DNA of 64,000 nucleotides from Eledone cirrhosa (lineage: Eukaryota): NCBI GenBank assembly GCA_964016885.1, contig OZ024755.1, positions 2,480,001-2,544,000 on the forward strand, written 5' to 3'. The translations under genes were made by a program, and so were the position numbers. Shown here piece after piece: positions 55,962 through 64,000 of this stretch (positions are counted from its first letter, which is position 1; each line of letters begins with the position of its first letter). The notes beneath the pieces are model-generated. The model worked only from the letters and a program-made list of their open reading frames with translations, did no database searches and had not been told where the DNA came from.

Positions 55962-56185
55962 GATTCAGTATCGGTAAAGGGTCGGACGCCATGGTCCTTA
56001 TTGTCTTGGCAGTATCGGTAGAGGGTCGGGCGCCATGCTTTCTAGCATAGTTACGTCCCTTTACGGTCCGAGTTCAAATCCCGTCGAGGTTAACTTTGCC
56101 TTTCATCCTTACGGGGTCAATAAAATAAAGTACCAGTAATGCACTGGGTAATTGCTGGCCTTGTGCCAAAAGTAGAAACAATTAT
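55962..56185 (+). mobile_element. SINE family A (short variant) with duplicated head
   Basis: cagtatcggta(a/g)agggtcgg(a/g)cgccatg occurs twice, then core and tail. Confidence 0.88.
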
Positions 56186-56189
56186 TGAC

Positions 56190-58300
56190 ATGTATATCTA
56201 GGGATATCTGTCGGGGTTGAGCAGATTTCTATTACCATAAGCGACTTCTTTCAATTATTGTTGATCTTATTTCTGTGGGTACTGTCATATCAGAATGTGA
56301 GTGGATTTAGTGATATGGATTTGCCTGGTCTTCTACTGCTTTAAATCTAAGTTTTCTTTCAGAAAATGTTTTTTCTAGCACTGTTAAACTAGATTATTCC
56401 TAGTGGTAGTGTCGACTAACATTACAATCTGGAACTTTTTACCATCGCAGTGTTTTACATTAGCTTTCAAATCTATTACACGAAAAAAATGATTTATATT
56501 ACCAACATATCCTTTAAAAAAAACATTCGCTAGCACTTTGTTGCTTATTTCTAATAGACTGGTCTATTAGACTGGTCTAATAGGCTGGTCTAATAGACTG
56601 GTCTAATAGACTTCCCAGCTACATAGAGTGAATGTGTTGTTGATTTTGTCGTTGTTTTTTAGCCACAGGTTAACACTAACGAAGTGTATCTATGAATAAA
56701 TTAGCTCCAGTCGTGGCCATCCTGTATTTTAATGACAAACACTATATGACTACATTTTCATAACTTGTTTCGTATCTTTTTCTCTTTCTTCTTCACTAAC
56801 CATAGTGTACTAGATTATATTCATTGCATTTGTTTTCAATTGAGACTTCAATGTTAGAACGGTACTTCATATATCTGTTCAAAAAGCGCTGACATTTTTA
56901 GATTTTATGTTTTTTTAAGAAGAGAAACAATTATTTCTGCAGCTGCTAAAGTAATGTGGTAAAACAAGAAGTTCCAAAAGGAAGATAGGCAATAAATAGC
57001 AAGTAGCAATATACGTCACCAGATTTTCTTAAGAAACAACAAACCAATATTTCTCATTTCTCTATCATGAAATTCCTATTGCAGAGTCAGTTGCCTGTAC
57101 TCTGCATTTCTTCATAGTATATTTTATGTACATGAGTGGGAAATTTCATAGCCAATGGTATTATTGATTTTAGTTTATGTTCAGAAACACTTGTGTGGTC
57201 TAAAGCCTGAGGTAGTTATTGTAAATTTGCAAACATATCACATGGATTGAAGCACTGCATCGTTTCGTTGAGAAAAACATAGAAATTCAATATTTCTATA
57301 TTTCTACTCTAAATTCTTGTAACACCCTTTGTATGTATTAATCATAATAATTGCATATTAACAACGATTATCGTTAATTCCCACTACTTAAAGTCTTTCG
57401 GATTTATATTATTTTAAAAAAATGCTTCTAACTGTAATATCTAGAAAATAACTGCACTTAAATATCCCATACAAATACATAGTAGTCATGGCAGCATAGC
57501 CTAGCTTTCAGAATTGCTTTTAAAATATTGTAAAATTGTATACACCAGCAGAATCAACACGATGAATCTGCAGGAGTATACAAAGAGAGAAGTAAAATTC
57601 GTCCGTTCGACACCAAGCCACCTCTAGAAAGGACAACAAGCCCTAGCTTTTTTATAGTTTACCTAGACATATGAGTTCCACCCTCGTACTACTCATCTCT
57701 TGTTTTTGGTAGAACATTATTTTTTTTTGAGACACTGTTGTATCCTCTTAGTTCGATTTAAGAATCTCGGCAGATGATAGAAAGATGTGTGATTAGACTA
57801 GTTTTTTTTAGTCATTTGCTTATAGGTTTGTATTCTCTTTAGTATGATTGATTTTCCTTCCACCAACCATTCGTGATAGGCATATTATTATTACACTTAG
57901 TCATATTTTGGTGTAGGAAATGTCGGTGTTTTATCCAGAACTCTTGCATTTTTTTCTATTCCAAGTGATATCAAATTGCATTTTCTGTCATGGCTTCCAT
58001 TACATTTTCCGCTACGATGGTTTCCCATTCTTATAGTGCCACATGCTTTAATTCGTTTTTCGTTCGATCTGTTAGTTCATTTATTCCATATGACCTTTCT
58101 ACTTGGAATAGTTTACTCCGAATTGTATCTTCGTTTTTCTTTATTTGATGGATTACCTACGTGTATTGTTGTGATATGTAATTCCCAGTAAGGGTTCATT
58201 TATATCCTCAAAATATTTTCTTTTATTTATTTTTAATTGTTAGATCCCTGTCTCAAATCACTGTATTTTCCGAGCATTAGTTTTCGCCTATTGAAATAAT
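56190..58300 (-). mobile_element. Heavily decayed R4/Dong-clade LINE (RT to REL)
   Basis: Minus-strand motifs in the correct order: FWIKHxxxLH, EWLVEGKSIILK, NNVLP (~57700-57950); HYFSSC (~56950); VLEKNIF..RRPG..DMTVP (~56270-56390; cf. VLEN..RPD..IDMTVP). Boundaries uncertain. Confidence 0.55.
56550..56612. repeat. 13-bp near-palindromic minisatellite (tctaatagactgg) x~5
   Basis: Tandem copies; tctaatagac-tg-gtctattaga is self-complementary. Confidence 0.85.
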
Positions 58301-59081
58301 ATACATCTTCGTGATTTTAAAATCCTGTTCATCATAAGACCTTGTTTGTTTCTCTATATGTTTAGTATGTTATGCTGTCTAAAAGTGGGTGAATCGCGGA
58401 ATTGCTTTTTCACAGAACATGTCAATTTAATTCCACGATAACACCGAAGGGATGTAATTTGGCAGTAAAGAATGATTTTACGACCTCTAATTATTCAATT
58501 CCGATCCATTTGTATCTCGTTTGCTTGCGATGATGTTATTTTGACTTAGCAACACATGCTGAGATTCTGTCTACGTTTGGGATTCTATTTGGTAAATTTA
58601 CACTGCCGAAATATTTCCTTGTTTGTCTTTCAGTTCTAAAGATTTGGGGAAACACTTTACCTTAACAGATAAATAAAGATAAATCTAAAATTATATGTTA
58701 TATTATTTCATAATAGAACATATTTCAAGAATATGAAAACGTTAAAAACGTTCCATGTCCTCTCTTCTTCATAATAACTTAGATAGACGATGCAATACAC
58801 ATGAAAGACTGTGAAATAAACCCAATATTGAAATTACCACAAAACATGGCATTTAATTAAGGGGACAATATCACCAACAATTTCCGGCTGAAACACTTCC
58901 GGGTGCAAGTAAATGCGCTATGAGGTCATAAATGTGTCTTTCAATTAGACATTCTTATTGACAGATCTTTAAGGTGATTCTTTTCATTTCAATCACCACA
59001 GCATGTCTCCCCTACTCCACAACACGCCTTCTCTTCTCCACAAGTTTGTATCCCAATCATCATATCATCGTTATTGCTGTT

Positions 59082-59119
<38 letters not shown>

Positions 59120-59121
59120 GG

Positions 59122-59340
59122 TCTAATGATTACTTATCGCAAATCCCAGGAAACCCGCGTATAGGAGAAATACAAAAGATAGTACTAATGAGAACTGCCC
59201 ATATACTAAGAATTATTCTGTTAATATAAGTACATCACAAGTCTAAACACCTAAAGATGCATGTGTGTGTATGTGTGTTCTTTCTTGAACATGGCGGACC
59301 TTGTTGTCTCTTGAGGTCACTGGTTGTGACTTGGTAATAA
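59122..59340 (+). mobile_element. R4/Dong-clade LINE 3' end inserted at (TAA)n
   Basis: YLSQIPGNPRIGEIQKIVLMRTAHILRIIL* (59122-59229), preceded by (AAT)n and ending in taataa; (TAA)n targeting is established for Dong. Confidence 0.8.
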
Positions 59341-59394
59341 CGCGTATGAACATAAAGCAAGATAAATGCAACTGTAATAATAATAGAAATAATA

Positions 59395-59563
59395 ATTGTT
59401 TCTACTTTAGGCACAATGCCAGCAATTAACCAGTGCATTACTGGTACTTTATTTTATCGACCCCGTAAGGATGAAAGGCAAAGTCAACCTCGGCGGGATT
59501 TGAAAGGGAAGTAACTATGCTGGAAAGCATGGCGTCCGACCCTCTACCGATACTGCCAATCCA
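59395..59563 (-). mobile_element. SINE family A (short variant)
   Basis: Nearly identical to 42630-42812 apart from a short deletion. Confidence 0.88.
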
Positions 59564-60064
59564 ATAATAGAAATAATAATGATAATACATCTTATATATA
59601 AAGAAACGAAAAAGAAAGAGACAAGAATATAATTCCACACAGTAAACCACTTATGGTTAAAGTAAAGTCTAAAAATTCTCAGAGCCAGGGAATATTGGAG
59701 AGAAATGATGTGGACTAATATATAAAGGCCAACAAAAGCTCAAAAACCATAAATGTAGAAATTATGAATAAAAACCTCTGATAGATAACTTGATCTTTCT
59801 GACAAAAGCTGCGCGATAAAGGAAGTCAAAATGATTCGCAGTGAAAGTAACTTAAAATAGAAATAGGCAAGCTGTCGAGTATGAGAGGAATAACGATGCC
59901 AATAATAATTGGCTAACTGAGTATAATAAAAAGAATGATTGCAAACAAAATCACTAAAACATTACAAGGCTGCCAAATTTACAGAAAATGTCAAAAGAAA
60001 AAATACACTTATTTTTACAAAATATATTCTAAGACTTTCAATTCTATACCTGAGGAAAAACAAC

Positions 60065-60129
<65 letters not shown>

Positions 60130-60135
<6 letters not shown>

Positions 60136-60334
60136 CTTAAAAATGGAATGAGAATAAGAAGAAAGAAAGAACGGGAGAGGAGGAAGTTTTCTTCATCAGT
60201 TGTCTACTGGGGATCTCGGATATTTCAACGCTGGGGGATATATTGTCTTTGGCATTTAAATATCCGGGACCCCAGTAGACAACTGATGTGAACCCCCCTG
60301 CTTTCTTCTTATTCCATACACATCATCCTATTCT

Positions 60335-60335
<1 letters not shown>
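60130..60335. mobile_element. (TA)n-embedded fold-back element
   Basis: gaataagaagaaag..catcagttgtctactgggg..cggatattt / aaatatccgg..ccccagtagacaactgatg..ctttcttcttattc, between two (TA)n tracts. Confidence 0.7.
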
Positions 60336-60382
<47 letters not shown>

Positions 60383-60815
60383 ATATTGATAAACTTTGGG
60401 AGGGTCATGGTGCCAATAAAAACACACGCATCTGTTGGTTTTCACTTTATTTTATTACAAATTTCAAGTTGGTTGGTTTAATAAGCGAATGGCTGCTTTT
60501 CTATTTATTGCCAGAGCTCTTTCGTCACACATTCTGTGATCTCCTCAGTGACTAATTTGTTGTTTTGTGTCTCTCCTTTCTTCTGTCCTACACCATCTTG
60601 TTATGTGTAGGAGAGAACAATGTGGAGACACAAAATCATAAATTAGTCACTAAGGAGGTCACAGAATGTGTGTCGAAAGAGTTTTGACATTATATAAATA
60701 GACAACCATTTGGTTATTAAACCAACCAACTAGAAATTTGTAATAAATGGAAGTGAAAATCACAGGTGCGTGTGTTTTTATTGGCAGCATGACCCTCCCA
60801 AAGTATAACAATATA
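60383..60815. mobile_element. ~430-bp fold-back element: inverted Penelope-like pLTR pair
   Basis: ~210-bp diverged inverted arms ending atattg..actttgggagggtcatg; each arm contains a hammerhead-like motif. Confidence 0.75.
60510..60552 (-). ncRNA. Hammerhead ribozyme motif (left arm); right-arm copy 60646-60688(+) has G5>A
   Basis: gtca-CTGAGGA-ga-tcaca-gaatg-tgtga-c-GAAA-gagc-TC-tggc. Confidence 0.6.
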
Positions 60816-61384
60816 TATTTCAACACACTTTTTCAGATAAGAAATCTTGCAAATCAAATACAAATATCTCTCTCTCTCTCTCTCTCTGCATGTATATATA
60901 TATATACATAAATATAAGTAACCTATCTTTCGCCGAACAACAGCAGCATCTTCACCCTCATCACTTGCACTATCATCATTATCACCACCATCACCATTGC
61001 TATCTCCACAATCATCATCACCGCCATCATCATCAAATAACAACTGTAGCTACGACTATCTCTAAATTCTTCGCACCATTTGTTCGCATCATCATCATCA
61101 TCAACAACAACATGAACAACAACAAAGAACACAACAGTTACTACGAGAGAAGTCGAACTTTCACCTCGGTATTGTGAATATAACAAAAGCTGGCATAAAA
61201 CGTTGTGGAAATCTTGAATATTAAACTATAAAAATGTGGTTGTTGCTTAGATTTCTCTTTTGTTTGTTTTTATATTTTGTTGGTTCGATAGTCTGGCTAC
61301 ATCGATAATAAACTTGTTCTTCGAGGTGTGATTGATTTTTCAGGATGACTTTGTATAATAGTTGCTATTATTGTTATTATTATT

Positions 61385-61632
61385 TGCCTTTTATCCTTAC
61401 GGGGGTCGATAAAATAAAGTACCAGTAATCTACTGGGATAATTGCTGGTCTTCAGCCAAAACTAGAAACAATTATTATTATTATTAATAGTCGGACGCCA
61501 TGCTTTGACGCATTGAGTTACGGCCCTTGCCATTCTGAGGTTAACTTTGCCTTTCATCCTTACGGGGTCGATAAAATAAAGTACCAGTAATACACTGGTA
61601 TTTGCTGGCCTCGTGCCTATAGAAGAAACCGT
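61385..61632 (+). mobile_element. SINE family A tandem pair (short variant)
   Basis: Two copies of ccttt..atccttacgggg(g)tcgataaaataaagtaccagtaat. Confidence 0.85.
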
Positions 61633-62252
61633 TACTGCTGCTGCTGATAGTGATGCTTGTTATATTGATATTGATTTAATTATATTATCATTACTTTTGG
61701 TTTCTTTCAGTTTCGATATTACTTTAGTAGTTCTGGTGATGGTTATAGTAGTGGTGGTAGTGGTTGGTTTTGTTGTTATCTATGTTGTAGTAGTGAGGGT
61801 GGAGATGGTGGCGGTGGTAGTGGTAGTAGTTTGTGGGATAAATGATGTGTTATGATTATCATTTTTATACTTTGGCATCCTTACCAGAATTTATTTTCAA
61901 AAGTACTTCTCTTTTATCCGTGTTACCATTTCGAACCTTCCCGAATCATTCAACAATATATTCTATTATTTGAAATTGTATATATGTCCCTCTATACAAG
62001 CTTCCATTTCTATATTACTATAGTCACGTCTGCACAACCTCAAACGCACAAACACGTGCTTTTCCATATATCATATATATATATGTATATATATATATAA
62101 TGTGTGTGTAGGTTTACGTATGCGTACATGTATAAACTTATACATACACATTTATATGAATGTATCGGTATTGATACATATTCACTCCATTGATTCCAGT
62201 AACGGTTGAAATATGTTTATCAATAAGCCTGGACACTATCATCTTTAGTTTA

Positions 62253-62322
<70 letters not shown>

Positions 62323-62949
62323 ATATATAGGTACATATAGAGATTTGTAAAGAGATAGATAGATAAGTGTATGTGTACGTATATTTACAATTTGGGAACA
62401 GCAATTATTTGAAAGATGTTATATTGAAGATGCGACTACACTAGATGCTCGAAATATTGTAGAATCGTTATTACTCTCTAAATAGGCAGCATTAAATTTA
62501 AAAAAAAAGATATAGGAAAGCAACAGAAAGAACAAAACTAGGAAAGGTCAGATTAGTGAGAAAAAGACAGGATAATTATAGTTAAAATGCTTATGATCTT
62601 AAATCAGCTAGATTCTCTTATTATGGCTTACATAACCATATATATTTGATAAAATATATTGTAGGTATGTTGTATGTTATATACAATTATTACTATATAT
62701 ATATATATTATCCTAGATGTCATTTGTGTGGGTATGTGAGTGCGTTTATGATATGGTACTTTTTATTTTTACTCCAACATAGGACATGAGAAAGAACCTC
62801 TAAAACACTGTCAGTATGTCTGTCACTCATTGTTTTCTCTTTCTCACACTATATATTTACCTCTCTCTCTCCCCCTCTCTCTCTCTCTCCCTCTCTCTCT
62901 TAAATTACATCCTTACCGATTACATAAAGAATGACACATTGGATAATTT

Positions 62950-63270
62950 AATACTAGATAGTGTATATCAATCTATAAAAGCAACATGGTGTCATCACAA
63001 GAGAAACGGTCTATGTCGGGATGACAGTAGGTATTTATAAAGACAAAAGAAACAATTATTACATAGTTATAATGCAAAATATTTAGACACAGCAATGATT
63101 CATTTGGAAATGAAGCTGGCGTAAATAAATAACATCCGATACTTTGGATAAGAAATAATGTGAAATAATGTGTTCGGTGAATGATATACTTTTCTTCATA
63201 CATCACGATTTCATGAAGAAACGGATTTCATCTGCTGTGAAAATGTGTCATTCGAGAACTCTTCACTATA
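62950..63270 (+). mobile_element. Penelope-like GIY-YIG endonuclease remnant
   Basis: Across frameshifts: IYKS..VYVGMTVGIYKDKRNN..IWK..PILWI..KKR..CH, resembling PLE IYKAxV..YxGxT..FKxRxxNH..IWxLK..IxWxI..KRxE..CRH. Confidence 0.5.
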
Positions 63271-63652
63271 GCGGAATCTAAAATGATTTTCCTTATTTTA
63301 CGTGAAGTCCTAGTTTAAGTATCCTTGGATTTTTTAAAAGCAACTTGCAGATGGAAGTTAGCGAATCCACTGCCAAGGTTGATAATGTTTTTTTTTTCTC
63401 GTGTAATCTACATCACTATAGTTGTGTGGTTATGGCGGTAAATGTGACAATAGTAGTTAGAGCAGTAGATATTAATTCTAGGTATTTGCGTTCTGAGTTC
63501 ATATATCACCAAGATCCACTTTGCTTTTCATCTTTTCAGATCGATAAAGAGAGTATCAGCCTAATGTATGTGTAGCCCTTCTCAATCCTTCCAACTATCA
63601 CATCTAGTTATACACAGAGTCCGCCAATAAATTGTTTACTCACATCAGCAAA

Positions 63653-63695
<43 letters not shown>

Positions 63696-64000
63696 TAGTG
63701 ATAAATGTGAAGACTAAAATCCGAAGAGGGCTCGTTAAAGGTGAAAGCAACGATTCTTTGCTTAAACTTTAATCTGTTATTTTAGTAAATATATATATAT
63801 ATATATATATTTAATTCTTCAAAAGTACATTTCTTGTATCAAGGTATCTCAACCTGGACATTTATCTTTTCTATGTGTGTGTATATAGAGAGAGAGGTAT
63901 TTAAAAACGGTCAATATTTATGCACGTTTTTCATTTCTTGAAGTGTGTATACACTTTTTTGAGTGGACTTTGTACAATTAACATTCACTGGATTGCGAAA

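Overview
AT-rich, microsatellite-saturated non-coding eukaryotic DNA. The SINE families and repeat landscape point to a coleoid cephalopod, probably Octopus (inference). No intact host protein-coding gene is supported; almost all long ORFs in the track are translations of (TA/CA/TG/GA/GGT)n repeats. The unique-looking DNA is largely decayed transposons: a Helitron PIF1 helicase, RTE-clade LINEs, CRE-clade LINEs (one with a twin-priming-type 5' inversion), R4/Dong LINEs, a hAT transposase, a Penelope-type GIY-YIG remnant, mariner- and piggyBac-type non-autonomous elements, and about 25 tRNA-derived SINE copies. The most interesting signal is a set of short, ORF-less fold-back elements in or beside (TA)n tracts. 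At least five unrelated families carry minimal type-I hammerhead ribozyme motifs, often as outward-facing inverted pairs; two further families appear folded back on the ribozyme's stem II. There is also a (TA)n-embedded array of four alternating-orientation tRNA-like Pol III cassettes. All alignments and folds were done by eye, and repeat coordinates are approximate.
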